Source: an uncultured Acidimicrobiia bacterium (GTDB taxonomy: Bacteria; Actinomycetota; Acidimicrobiia; IMCC26256; JAENVU01). From it: a stretch of DNA of 64,000 nucleotides. Position 1 is the stretch's first letter. The number at the start of each line of letters is the position of its first letter. The stretch is taken from positions 594,382 through 658,381 of the forward strand of contig CAVYOO010000003.1 of NCBI GenBank assembly GCA_963770095.1, given 5' to 3'. Below the pieces are notes generated by a model, which saw nothing but the letters and a program-made list of their open reading frames with translations, did not search any database and was not told the origin of the DNA. Below are positions 9,620 through 19,904 of this stretch, one piece after another. A program made the position numbers and the translations under genes.

Positions 9620-11006
9620 ACCCGCGCCTCGCCGGCTCCATGACGCCGATCATGGATCGCCGGAGCGAGTCTGCCGCGGCGCGCATCGTCGAGTGGGCCG
9701 GTAGCCCGATCGTGGAGCTGCGCGTAGAAGGTGGGAAGCACCATGGCGCGGTGGGCGCAGCCGGTGCCGAGACGATGGAGCGGGCGATCCGCCTGGCCAC
9801 CGAGCTCGGGATGCCGTTCGTCGCCCGGCTCGACACGACCGGCGCCGACGTCGGCGAAGGCGTCAGCTCGCTGCACGGCTGGGGCCGGTGCGCACGCGCG
9901 CTGGTAGACGCTTCGGGCGTCGTCCCGACGATCATCATCGTGACGGGCGCCTGCGTCTCGGGACCGGCGCTCTGCCTCGGGCTCGTCGACCACGTGATCA
10001 TGACGACCGCCGCCTTCGCGTACGTCAGCGGTCCTGAAGCGGTGGCTGAGCTCACTGGCGTCACGCTCGATCGCTTCGAGCTCGGCGGCGCCGCGATGCA
10101 CTGCCGCGACAGTCGGGGTCGCGTCGCTCGTCGTCGAGGACGAACCCGCGGCAGATGACGCGCTCGCGGTCCTGCTGGCGTACCTCCCACCCAACCACGT
10201 TGAAGACGCCCCGTCGTGGTACTGCGACGATCCGGTCGATCGCGATTGTGAGGAGGCCGCCGGCGCCGTCCCGGGCTCACCGACCGCGTCGTATGACGTT
10301 CGGACGGTGGTGCGCGACGTCGTCGATGCCGGCTCGCTGCTCGAGCTGCGTCCACTCCATGCGCCGAACATCGTCGTTGGGCTCGCGCACCTCGACGGGC
10401 GGTCCGTCGGCGTCGTCGCCAACCAGCCGTTCTCGCGAGCGGGTGCCCTGGACATCTCGGCATCGCAGAAGGCAGCGCGGTTCGTGCAGTGGTGTGACGC
10501 GTTCAACCTTCCCGTCGTCACCTTCGTCGACACTCCCGGTTTCGAGCCGGGGAAGGACCTCGAGTGGCGGGGGATGATCCGCCACGGGGCGCAGCTCGTG
10601 CACTCGTACGCCGCGGCAACGGTGCCGCGGTTGTGCGTGGTGTTGCGCAAGGCGTACGGCGGCGCGTACATCGTCATGGACTCGAAGCAGCTAGGGAACG
10701 ACTACTGCCTCGCGTGGCCGGGAGCCCAGATCGCGGTGATGGGAGGGTCCGGCGCAGTGCAGGTCCTGCACGGCAAAGCGCTTGCCGCGATCGACGACCC
10801 CGAGACGCGTCGCCGCGGAGCACGAGCGCCTGCTGACGGAGTACGACGAACGCTTCAACCACCCGTATGCCGCGGCCGAGCGTGGGTACGTCGACGAGGT
10901 GATCGACCCCCTCGATACCCGCCGCGCGCTCTCGGGCGCACTCGATCACTTCTCGCGCAGGCGCGAAGGTGCCCCCAGACGCCGGCACTCGAATTCGCCG
11001 CTCTGA
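9616..11006 (+). CDS. Acyl-CoA carboxylase carboxyltransferase (PccB/AccD-like); two apparent frameshifts at about 10114 and 10810
   Basis: N-domain (LDTTGADVGEGVSSLHGWG...GACVSGPA...GGAAMH) in frame 1. After CGGGG (10114-10118) it continues in frame 2 (SGVASLVVEDEP...VVANQP...KAARFVQWCDAFNLPVVTFVDTPGFEPG...RKAYGGAYIVMDSK). The C-terminal end (AEHERLLTEYDERFNHPYAAAERGYVDEVIDP) is in frame 0. Confidence 0.75.
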
Positions 11007-11447
11007 TCAGTCCGCCGGCTTCATGCGTTCGAGCATGGCTGCCATCTGCCGGTGAACGAGGTTGACGGCCTGCAGCGGGCGGATCATCACGCGGAACTCG
11101 ACGATGCGTCCCTCGTCGTTGCACCGGATGATGTCGACACCGTTGACGTACTTGCCTTCGACAGTGGTCTCGAACTCGAGCACGGCGGTGTCCCCGGCGA
11201 GCACCTGCTTCGTGTACCGGAACCCACCGCCCGGCTTCTCGTCGCCGCCGGCCGGCGCGATCGTTGCATCGCCCGGCAACGTCTGGCCGGCGGCTTCCAG
11301 GTACAGCTTCGTGATCGCCTTGCCCGCCTGCGGCGTGTAGACGATCGGCGAGAAGAACACGACGTCCTCGTCGAGGAGCTCGTCGAGCCCGCCCGGCAGC
11401 TTGCCGCGCAGGTGGGCGTGCCACTTCTCGATCACGTGCTCGATCAT
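11007..11447 (-). CDS. NTF2-like/SnoaL-like small protein
   Basis: ATG at 11445-11447 with strong RBS GGAAGGAGAA upstream. 146 aa starting MIEHVIEKWHAHLRG; alpha+beta cone pattern. Confidence 0.6.
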   Translation of the reverse strand: MIEHVIEKWHAHLRGKLPGGLDELLDEDVVFFSPIVYTPQAGKAITKLYLEAAGQTLPGDATIAPAGGDEKPGGGFRYTKQVLAGDTAVLEFETTVEGKYVNGVDIIRCNDEGRIVEFRVMIRPLQAVNLVHRQMAAMLERMKPAD

Positions 11448-11734
11448 CGGGTTCTCCTTCCTCGCGCGCCGAACGTAGTCGCGCCGAGCCGCCCAGGTGG
11501 CGACGTTCGGTGGTCGCCTGGGGTGTCGGTGATCGACGGTCGGCGGACGGGCAACGACAAGTTCCGGATCAAGATCTGGAAGACGCCCACCGGTGAGGTG
11601 CTCTCTACGACAATCAGGCGGGGGCGGACGACACGGCCGACGCCGTGACGAATGTGTCCTGCGGATCGATCGTGATCCACAACGCGTAGGCCGGGCAGTC
11701 CGGGGGAGGCGGTGACCTGCCACACTCGTTCGTC

Positions 11735-12640
11735 ATGATCAACGACGACATCGTCTCCACCCGGGCCCACGCTCTGGGCGCGGTGCTCGAGCCGGTTGCG
11801 GGGCAGGTGTACTTCTCACCCGAGTGCCACCGTGCGTACGAGGCGCTCGGGTTCGGACCGAGTCCCGCCGAGGTGGCTGGGGTGGCCATGCCCGACGGGC
11901 CCGCGTACTTCTGCAGTCGCGGTTCCGTCCTGGGGCAGGTCCCGGGCGAGGTTGTCGCCGCGGCGTTCGGTGTCTTCAACCCCGCGATCGTCGTGCCGCT
12001 CGTCGCCGACGGTTGGGCGCTCGTCAGCGCGAGCGAGATCGGTGTCGCCCGGACCGCGGGCGCCGTCGGCCAGCTCCGACGGATTCTCGGCGCCGGCCCC
12101 ATCGGACTGGACCGGGGGACCGAGCTGCTGGCGCGGGCCAACGACCGTCTGCGACCTGAGGGCCGGCCACTCTACGCGGGCCTGCTGGCGCTGGGCCTTC
12201 CCGACGATCCGCTCGGAGACATGTGGCGACTCGCCGATCGGCTGCGCGAGTTTCGCGGTGATGCGCACATCGTCGCGTGGAGCTCCGCGGGATTTGACGC
12301 CACCGAGATCGGGCTGCTGACAGAGCTGTACTGGGGTCTGCCGTTGCGAACCTACGTGCGGACGCGCGCGTGGAGCGACACGGATCTCGACGAGGCGGAG
12401 GCGAGGCTCGTCGAGCGCGGGTTGGTTGCTGACGGCGCCTTCACCCCCGAAGGTCGCACCGCGCGTGAACGGGTCGAATCGGTGACCGACGAGCTGTGCC
12501 GCCCGATCATCGAAGGTCTCGGCGACCACTTCGACGAGCTCGTGGCGATCGTCGGCCCGTGGAGCGAGCGCGTCAAGGCGGCGGGCGGCTATCCCCGATC
12601 GGGCCCGCACGACCTCGCCGGGCTGTCCCGCGATTCCTGA
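11735..12640 (+). CDS. Hypothetical protein
   Basis: 301-aa ORF with consistent high GC3. No family recognised by eye. Confidence 0.5.
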   Translation: MINDDIVSTRAHALGAVLEPVAGQVYFSPECHRAYEALGFGPSPAEVAGVAMPDGPAYFCSRGSVLGQVPGEVVAAAFGVFNPAIVVPLVADGWALVSASEIGVARTAGAVGQLRRILGAGPIGLDRGTELLARANDRLRPEGRPLYAGLLALGLPDDPLGDMWRLADRLREFRGDAHIVAWSSAGFDATEIGLLTELYWGLPLRTYVRTRAWSDTDLDEAEARLVERGLVADGAFTPEGRTARERVESVTDELCRPIIEGLGDHFDELVAIVGPWSERVKAAGGYPRSGPHDLAGLSRDS

Positions 12641-12652
12641 CCCGGGGGGCGG

Positions 12653-13282
12653 TTACCGCAGCGCGGCGCGGACCTGGCTCCGCCACGGTTCGGGGCAACC
12701 CCAGTAGGTGATGCCACCGGCCGCCGTCTCGGCGGGGTACAGCACCCACGCGACACAGTCCGCCACCTTCTCGGAGTCGTCCCATGCGCTCCCCGCGCGC
12801 ACCACGGGTGCGCCGGCGACCGCGGCGGTGAGCGCGGCGGCTCGTACCGTCTTGATGTGCACACTGTGGGCGAGCTCGTGCACGGTGACGTAGGTCAATC
12901 GTGCCGGGCTGGCGAACGCCGTCTGGCCGATCCACACGTCGTTCGGCGCCGGGTTGTACCCGCCCGCGTGGCAACAGGTGTCGAGCGGGTTGTAGCCGTA
13001 GTGGACGGTTGCACCGCCTTCGGACAACAACCGCGGCAACGTCGGGAGCAGCGCGTCGAGCTGGGCGTTCCCGGTGGCGTAGGCCACGGCCGCCAACACC
13101 TGTGCCGGCGGAGCAGTCGTGGTGGTCGTGCTGGGCGTACTGGACGTGCTGGTGCTCGTTCGCAGCTGCGACTGGTCGGGCGGCGCCGATCGCGCGGCGT
13201 CCGCGCGATACCCGCAGCCGGCGAGCGCGGCGACGGCGATCCCGGCGGCGAGCCAGCGAGCCGATCGAGGGAGCGGGCGCAC
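12653..13282 (-). CDS. Lipoprotein with Ser/Thr-rich linker and HExxH-containing domain (putative secreted metallopeptidase-like)
   Basis: Lipobox AALAGCG. Low-complexity STSTSSTPSTTTTTAPP linker. HELAH motif in the C-terminal domain. Confidence 0.5.
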   Translation of the reverse strand: MRPLPRSARWLAAGIAVAALAGCGYRADAARSAPPDQSQLRTSTSTSSTPSTTTTTAPPAQVLAAVAYATGNAQLDALLPTLPRLLSEGGATVHYGYNPLDTCCHAGGYNPAPNDVWIGQTAFASPARLTYVTVHELAHSVHIKTVRAAALTAAVAGAPVVRAGSAWDDSEKVADCVAWVLYPAETAAGGITYWGCPEPWRSQVRAALR

Positions 13283-13568
13283 GGATACCTCGGTTGCGAG
13301 TCAGTGAGCACAGGCCCCATCGAGCTGGGGCCGGTTTCGCACTGGCTTCCCGCAGGCTCATGCGACCAGTTGGATCGCCTGCGGATCAACGCCTCCCTGA
13401 GGTGTGACCTGTTCCCTCCAGTGTGCGCCAATTGCCACAAAACGGCCATAGGGCGCTGGACCTGGATCTCACACGGATCGGACCCGGGTCAGCCGCGGCG
13501 CCGCCCGGCGTTCGAGAACGGAGATTCCGGGCGTAGGGTCGCGAGGTGCAGCGGATCAGGGGTCGTCG

Positions 13569-14024
13569 GTGCGGGCTCGTGAAATGACGAAGTCTGCAGA
13601 CCGGTGGCCGTTCGGCTCCAGTGACGGCGGGCCGGCGAGTCGGCCGGGCGTGGTCGAGATGGAAGGCGTGCTCGTCGCCATCTTCGAGAACGACGCGGCG
13701 GGGGACCACGCCCTCTCGGCGCTCCGGGAGCAGGGCATCGACGAGCAGAACCTGCGGTTCTACACGAGTGCGCAGATCCTCGTGTACGAGGAGCACTTCC
13801 AGAGCGACCGCACGCTCTCCGGTCGGCTCATCGGCGGCTTCGTCGACGATGCGGACTCGATGGCGCAGTACGTCGAGTTCGGTCGCGAAGGACGCTCGGC
13901 CGTGTGGGCGCTGGTGCCGATCCGCGAAGATGCCAACCGGGTCGTCCGCAAGCTCGCCGACGAGAAGACGCTCTTCATCTGGTACCACGGACAGGATCAG
14001 GTCGAGACGATCCCGATGGCATGA
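13569..14024 (+). CDS. Hypothetical protein
   Basis: High-GC3 ORF. True start may be the internal MEGVLVAIFEND. Confidence 0.45.
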   Translation: MRAREMTKSADRWPFGSSDGGPASRPGVVEMEGVLVAIFENDAAGDHALSALREQGIDEQNLRFYTSAQILVYEEHFQSDRTLSGRLIGGFVDDADSMAQYVEFGREGRSAVWALVPIREDANRVVRKLADEKTLFIWYHGQDQVETIPMA

Positions 14025-14055
14025 CGCGGCTCGAGGCGGGCACGCGCCGGTCGGC

Positions 14056-14541
14056 TCAGCGCAGCGCCGCGTCGAGTCCCTGGGCCGCGCCGTGGAACGC
14101 GGTACCGATGAGGTCGCGTGCACCCGCGAACAGCTCCGCGGTCTCGCGGAGCGGCTCGAATGCGAACGTCCACCGCAATGTCGAGCTGTTGCCGGCCGGT
14201 TCGATCACCCAGTCCTCCAGCAACACGGCGAACAGGGGAGCCGAGGTCTCATCGACCCGGTAGGCCCAGCGGCGCGGTTCGTCCCAGGCGAGGATCGTCT
14301 CCCGGTACTTCACCCCACCGGTGCGCACCCATCGGCGCGTCCCGATCCCCGGCGTGGCGTCGCCCTCGTATTCGCCTTCATCGAGACCAGGGAACCAGCT
14401 CCACGTGGACGGATCCGCGCTGATCGCCGCGAACACCGCGACCGGAGGAGCGGCGAGCGGTGCGTGGTACTCGTACTTCTGCGCCGCGGTGTCGAGGAAC
14501 TCGAGCCCGACCGGGCGCAGCCGGGTCGTCGCTTCGGTCAT
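14056..14541 (-). CDS. SRPBCC (polyketide cyclase/dehydrase-like) family protein
   Basis: 161 aa. WSWFPGLDEG...RRWVRTGGVKYRETILAWDEPRRWAYRVDETS matches Polyketide_cyc2-like ligand-binding fold. Confidence 0.65.
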   Translation of the reverse strand: MTEATTRLRPVGLEFLDTAAQKYEYHAPLAAPPVAVFAAISADPSTWSWFPGLDEGEYEGDATPGIGTRRWVRTGGVKYRETILAWDEPRRWAYRVDETSAPLFAVLLEDWVIEPAGNSSTLRWTFAFEPLRETAELFAGARDLIGTAFHGAAQGLDAALR

Positions 14542-14747
14542 CGCCGGAGTCTGTCACCCGCGAGCCCACCGAGGTGTGGGGCAGACTCTCACCGGCTCGC
14601 CGCCGCCGAGCATCACGTTGCGGCGAGGAGCCACGAACGTCATCGCCGGGTGAAGCATCAAGGAGCCCGGAGCCAGGCCGGGATGAACATGATCGGCGAC
14701 CACGAGGGCAACGACCCCTTCCTCGGTACGGTCGCGCCGCCCGGTCC

Positions 14748-15044
14748 ATGACGCCCGGGCCCGGCACGGACGACGTGGTGCGCCGGCGGCTCGTGATCGA
14801 GGGCCGGGTCCAGGGCGTGGGCTACCGGGTGGCGTGCGCCCACCAGGCCCGCGCGGCCGGGCTCGCGGGCACCGTCCGGAACCTGCTCGGCGGCGGAGTC
14901 GAAGCAGTCTTCGAGGGCCCGCCGGCGAAGGTCGACGCGCTCATTGGCTGGTGCCGGCGTGGGCCGAGCCATGCCGAAGTCCGCCGCGTCCGGGTCTCCG
15001 AGGTGGTTCCCACCGGAGCGACCGACTTCCGGATCGAGGGCTGA
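14748..15044 (+). CDS. acyP: Acylphosphatase
   Basis: [42 protein letters not shown] is the canonical acylphosphatase signature. 98 aa. Confidence 0.8.
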   Translation: MTPGPGTDDVVRRRLVIEGRVQGVGYRVACAHQARAAGLAGTVRNLLGGGVEAVFEGPPAKVDALIGWCRRGPSHAEVRRVRVSEVVPTGATDFRIEG

Positions 15045-15097
15045 GGCGCGCGGCCCGGAGCGGGAAGCGGAGCTGCCGTGCGAGGGTTGCACCTCCC

Positions 15098-16111
15098 ATG
15101 GTGCCTCTTTCCGTGCTCGACCTGGCCACGGTGACCCGCGGCTCGACACCGGCGCGGGCCCTGGCCGAGACGACCAAGCTCGCCGCGGTCGCCGAGGGGC
15201 TCGGCTATCAACGCCTCTGGGTCGCCGAGCATCACGGCATGCCCACGGTCGCGAGCTCCGCGCCCGCGGTGCTCATCGCGCACCTCGCGAATGCCACCGA
15301 GACCATCCGGGTGGGCTCCGGTGGTGTCATGTTGCCGAACCACGCGCCCCTCGTCATCGCCGAGCAGTTCGGGACGCTCGAGGCGCTCCATCCCGGCCGT
15401 ATCGACCTCGGGCTCGGACGCGCGCCCGGCACCGACCCGGTCACGGCCCGAGCGCTGCGGCGTTCGCCGGACCTCAGCGCCGACAGCTTTCCGGACGACG
15501 TCGTCGAGCTCATCCGGTACCTGATGGAGATCGACGGTCCGGCCGGTCACCCCGCCGCGGTCCCCGGCCACGGCTATCTCCCCGAGGTGTGGCTGCTCGG
15601 ATCGTCGGTGTTCAGTGCCGAGCTCGCCGGGATGCTCGGGCTGCCGTTCTCGTTCGCCTACCACTTCAGCCCGAAGTTCGTCGACGCTGCGTTCGAGCGG
15701 TACCGCTCGTCCTTCCGGCCTTCGTTCGTGCTGGCGCAGCCGCGCGCCATGGTGGCGGTGTCCGTGCTGTCCGCGCCGGACGCCGACGAGGCGCGGTGGC
15801 TCGCAGGTCCGTCCACGCTCGCGATGCTGCAGCTGCGCAGCGGCAAGCTCGGTCCGTTGCCGACGCCCGAGGAGGCCGAGGCGTACGAGTACTCACCGGC
15901 CGAAGCCGCCGTGGTCGCGGAGACGACGGCGACCCACCTCGTGGGGGACCCGGAATCCGTGCACGGAGGGTTGGTCGAGCTGCAGCGTCGGACGGACGCG
16001 GACGAGATCATGCTGTCGACGCGGGCGCACTCGTTCGCGGCGCGAGCGCGCTCACTCGAGCTCATCGCCGAGCGTTGGGCCTCGGAGCCGGCGCCGGCAC
16101 GTACGGCCTGA
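15098..16111 (+). CDS. LLM-class flavin-dependent oxidoreductase (luciferase-like monooxygenase)
   Basis: [12 protein letters not shown]...[15 protein letters not shown]...[36 protein letters not shown] is typical TIM-barrel LLM. Intact. Confidence 0.8.
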   Translation: MVPLSVLDLATVTRGSTPARALAETTKLAAVAEGLGYQRLWVAEHHGMPTVASSAPAVLIAHLANATETIRVGSGGVMLPNHAPLVIAEQFGTLEALHPGRIDLGLGRAPGTDPVTARALRRSPDLSADSFPDDVVELIRYLMEIDGPAGHPAAVPGHGYLPEVWLLGSSVFSAELAGMLGLPFSFAYHFSPKFVDAAFERYRSSFRPSFVLAQPRAMVAVSVLSAPDADEARWLAGPSTLAMLQLRSGKLGPLPTPEEAEAYEYSPAEAAVVAETTATHLVGDPESVHGGLVELQRRTDADEIMLSTRAHSFAARARSLELIAERWASEPAPARTA

Positions 16112-16207
16112 CCCCCGGCCCGTACGACGCTGTACGATTCATACCGAGGCGAGCAGATCATCCCACTGGGTGACATTTGTGGGCGCAGGCTGCATGAGGA
16201 CGGACCG

Positions 16208-16624
16208 GTGCGGAACGGGCAGAAGCGGCGACTCGCGCGGGTGCTCGCGGGAGTGGTTTCGAAGCGGGATCTCGGTCGCGCCGAGATCGCGCCGGCCAGC
16301 ATTGCGGTGGCGACGTCACCGCAAGCGGGGCCGCGCCTCCCCGACGGTGATTACGTGCTCGCACTGGTTGATTCGGTGCTGTATCTCGCCCGTTGCGGCG
16401 GCGATGGCCGCCCGGCGGCCGGTGCACCGAGTGGCCCACGCCACGCGCGGCTGCGGTTGGCGGAGGTCCAGATGGCCATGGCGTTCGGCGGGCCGCCCTT
16501 CCACTCGACCCTGCACTTCGAGCACCCGGCGGTCGGACGCCTGGTCGTCTCGCTCCCCGAGATCCGCTTCGCGACCCTCACCGAGGCCGCCGTGCAACGG
16601 GCGCGCGCCGGCGGGGCCTGGTAG
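16208..16624 (+). CDS. Hypothetical protein (weak call)
   Basis: 138-aa ORF with moderately high GC3. No recognisable motif. Confidence 0.3.
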   Translation: MRNGQKRRLARVLAGVVSKRDLGRAEIAPASIAVATSPQAGPRLPDGDYVLALVDSVLYLARCGGDGRPAAGAPSGPRHARLRLAEVQMAMAFGGPPFHSTLHFEHPAVGRLVVSLPEIRFATLTEAAVQRARAGGAW

Positions 16625-16686
16625 CCGCAAGCCGGCTCGGCCCGGGCGTTCCCAGGTGCGGAGGGTGCACGGCCTAGATTGAGGGC

Positions 16687-18168
16687 TTGCGGTGGATCGT
16701 GTCGTTCGCCCTCTTTCTCGCCGTGGGCGCGACCTGGGCTCTGGCGTCGCCGATCTACTCGGGACCCGACGAGCCGTCACACGTCATCCATGCCGCGGCG
16801 ATCCCGCGTGGTGATCTCATCGGGACCTCCCGCAAGGGTGAGCCCAACGTGTACGTCACCGCGCCGCGCGTGTATCGCGAGGGCCCGGACTGCTTTGCGT
16901 TCCATCCCCAGATCCCGGCGAACTGCTTCCACCTGGCGGACGCGCTGTCCGGCAACGGCTCGCTCCCCACGTACACCGCTCGCTACCTCCCGCCCTACTC
17001 CGCATACATCGGGTTCGGGAGCTACTGGGTCCCGCCGGGCTCGGGCCAGATCTATCTCATGCGTCTCCTGGGTGCGGCGTTGGTAGCTGCGTTGCTCGCG
17101 TCGGCGGTGTCGACGGTGACCGCGGTGGGAACGCTCGGTTTCTCGTTGGGGTTCCTCTTCGCGCTGACGCCGATGGCGTTGTACTTCAGCGGGATCGTGA
17201 ATCCGAGCACCCCGGAGATCGCAGCGGGCATCGCGTTGTGGACCCATGGAATCGCGCTCAGCGATACGGGCGTCGGGGACGATCCGCGCGTGCTGCGAAG
17301 ATTCGGGATCGCGGCATGCGTCCTCGCGGTGACGCGTCCGCTCTCACCGCTGTGGCTGCTGCTCACGGTGATCATTCTCGTGTTCGTCGCGGGCCGCCCC
17401 CGCGTCGAGTCGCTGATCAAGCGCCGCGCGGTGCAGGCCTGGGCCGCCGCGGCCATCGGTCTCACGATGGTGCAGGTCGCCTGGTCCGCGTGGGCCAAGC
17501 CGCTCAGCGAAGGCAACACGGCTCAGAAGGGCCTCGACCGGCCGATCAGCTTCATCTTCGAGCAGAGCATCGGGAAGCTCTACTGGTCCAACACCCGCGA
17601 GATGATCGGCATGTTCGGCTGGCTCGACACGGTGACCCCGATGGCGACCACGATCTTCTGGCTCGTCGCGGTGGGCGCGCTGGTCCTCTTCGCAGTCACC
17701 GCGGGGAATCGTCGCGTCGCCTGGACAGTGGGAGTGACGCTCGCACTCACCTACGTCGTGCCCGTAGCGATCGAGACGGCTCGGGCGAGCGCAAACAACC
17801 TGGTGTGGCACGGCAGGTACACGTTGCCGTTCGCCGTCGGGATACCGCTGCTCGCGGGCTACACGCTGCGCGAGCTCGTCGGCACGAAGCTCGCGATCAA
17901 GCGGTTCGCGTGGTGGCTGGTGGTCGCGTTCGTGGTGGCGCAGATGCTCGCGTTCAACCAGGCACTGCGCCGGTACACGTCCGGGGTCAACGGGCCGTTC
18001 TGGTTCTGGACCTCTGACACCTTCTGGTCACCTCCGGTCCCGTCGTGGATCCTGGTCTTCGGCTACCTCGCGCTCATGATCGGGATCGTCGCGTCGGTCA
18101 TCCGGATACCGATGGCGCCGCGCACGACCGCGGCACCAGTTGGTGCGCAAGACTCCCCGCTCAACTGA
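16687..18168 (+). CDS. DUF2142-family polytopic membrane protein (predicted glycosyltransferase-like)
   Basis: Signal/TM then YSGPDEPSHVIHAAAI (the PDE..H motif characteristic of DUF2142), followed by more than 10 TM helices. Confidence 0.7.
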   Translation: MRWIVSFALFLAVGATWALASPIYSGPDEPSHVIHAAAIPRGDLIGTSRKGEPNVYVTAPRVYREGPDCFAFHPQIPANCFHLADALSGNGSLPTYTARYLPPYSAYIGFGSYWVPPGSGQIYLMRLLGAALVAALLASAVSTVTAVGTLGFSLGFLFALTPMALYFSGIVNPSTPEIAAGIALWTHGIALSDTGVGDDPRVLRRFGIAACVLAVTRPLSPLWLLLTVIILVFVAGRPRVESLIKRRAVQAWAAAAIGLTMVQVAWSAWAKPLSEGNTAQKGLDRPISFIFEQSIGKLYWSNTREMIGMFGWLDTVTPMATTIFWLVAVGALVLFAVTAGNRRVAWTVGVTLALTYVVPVAIETARASANNLVWHGRYTLPFAVGIPLLAGYTLRELVGTKLAIKRFAWWLVVAFVVAQMLAFNQALRRYTSGVNGPFWFWTSDTFWSPPVPSWILVFGYLALMIGIVASVIRIPMAPRTTAAPVGAQDSPLN

Positions 18169-19856
18169 ACTACCGGGAGCTCCGAGCGTGTCGACACGGT
18201 CAAGGCGAGGGTTGCGCGCGGTGTTGCACTACCGCGACTACCGCTTTCTTGTCGCGGCGTCTTCGGTATCGCAGACCGGGGACTGGCTGTACAACGTCGC
18301 GCTGCTCGTCTGGGTCTACGGGGCCACCGGATCGGCGGGCTGGGTCGCATTCGTCACGGTCGCGCGGACTCGTTCCGTACGTGGTGGTGGGTCCATTCGG
18401 CGGCCTGGTCGCGGATCGCTACGACCGGCGCACGATCCTCATCGTCTCCGATGTCTCACGCGCGGTGCTCATGTTCGTGCTCGCGATCGTGACGGCGCTC
18501 GACGGACCAGTCGGCATCGCCGCCGCGGCCGCCTTCCTCACGACTGCCCTCGGGACTGCCTATCGACCTGCAGTGGTCGCGATGCTCCCCGAGATGGTGG
18601 ACGAGCGTGACCTCGCGAGTGCGAATGCGGCCGAGAGCATCGTCGAGAACCTGTCGGTGGTTCTCGGTCCCGCGATCGGCGCCGGTCTGCTCGTCATCGG
18701 AACGACCACCTTCTCGTTCGCACTCAACGGCGTGACGTTCCTCGCGTCCGCGGCCCTCGCGGGGGCTCTGCAGATCCGCAGCCGCGGAGGCGCCCGGCTG
18801 CACGAAGAGGGAAAGAGCTTCTGGTCCGGCCACGTGGTCCACGGATTTCGTGAGCTCGGCCAGACCGCCGATGCACGGGTGCTCGGCGGGTTCATGCTCG
18901 GCACGTCGTTCATCTACGGCATCCAGTCGGTCGTCCTGGTGCTGGTCGCCGGCGAGCAGCTCCAAGCCGGGGTCGACGGCGTCGGGATCTTCTATGCCGC
19001 GCTGGGAGTCGGCGGCGTTGTCGGCGCCGCATTCGTCGGCCGTCTCGCCCGCTCGGCCCGACTCGGCGCAGTCCTCTACGGCGCGTTGCTCGTCGCGTCG
19101 GTACCGATGGCCGCGCTGGCCATCACGAGCTCCGGTGGCCCCGCCTTCACGCTGGTGGTGATGTCGGGCATGGGCATCGTGGTCCTCGACGTGCTCGCGC
19201 TGACCCAGCTTCAGCGCGCGGTTTCGGTCGACGTTCTCGGGCGCGTCTGGGGCGCGCTCGACGCACTGACAGTTGCCGCGATCATCGTGGGATCGCTCGT
19301 CGTGTCACCCGTCATCGACGCGCTGGGCGCCGACTCCGCGTTCATCGTGCTCGCGCTCGCAGTTCCAGCACTCGGGTTGCTCGGCGTCGGTGGGCTGCTG
19401 AGGGCGGATCGTGAATCCGTGGAGCTCCTCGACCGCATTGGGCCGGCGGTGGAGGTCTTCGAGCAGGTGCCGGTGCTCGAGGATGCCGACCGCGCCGTGA
19501 TCGAACGACTTGCGTCGGCCGCGGTCGTCCAGCCCGTGCCGATCGGAACAGACGTCGTCGTACAGGGGGAACCGTCCGAGCACTTCTACATCGTGGAGTC
19601 CGGGCGCCTCGACGTGCTCGTCCAGAGCGACGGCGGTGTACCGGAGCAGGTCAACGTGCTCGGGGCCGGGGACTGGTTCGGCGAGCTCGGGCTTCTGCAC
19701 GACCTGCCCCGGGCCGCGACTGTGCGCGCCCGTTGGCCGTCGCAGGTCTGGCGCATCGACGGGACCGAGCTCCTCGACGCGGTCAACGGCGCGCCGACGC
19801 TGGCCGCGACGCTGCTCGAAGGCATCGCGGGCCGCATCGGTTCCGGCGACCGCTGA
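18140..19856 (+). CDS. MFS transporter fused to C-terminal cyclic-nucleotide-binding domain; frameshift at about 18371
   Basis: N-terminus (YRDYRFLVAASSVSQTGDWLYNVALLVWVYGATGSAGWVAFVTVAR) in one frame, continuing after a 1-bp shift as LVPYVVVGPFGGLVADRYDRRTILIV (EntS-like MFS). C-terminal GTDVVVQGEPSEHFYIVESGRLDVL...GAGDWFGELGLLHDLPRAATVRA is a cNMP-binding fold. Confidence 0.7.
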
Positions 19857-19904
19857 CCCGGCCGGCCAACCCGCGCTGTCGTGACGCTCTGCAACGATGG
19901 GAAG

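Noticed and set aside
9616-11006. Calling the frameshifted genes (PccB-like, ABC-2 permease, epoxide-hydrolase-like, ychF, rsmI and others) pseudogenes
   Set aside because: The shifts are single-base, often in homopolymers, leave conserved motifs intact in the new frame, and hit core housekeeping genes. Sequencing or assembly error is the more economical explanation, but it cannot be proven from the sequence alone.
13283-13568. 285-bp intergenic region examined for an sRNA or tRNA
   Set aside because: No convincing cloverleaf, terminator hairpin or conserved-looking motif visible. Left unannotated.
13386-14123. 245-aa minus ORF
   Set aside because: Antisense to the better-supported plus-strand hypothetical gene 13569..14024. 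The product is Arg/Pro-rich.
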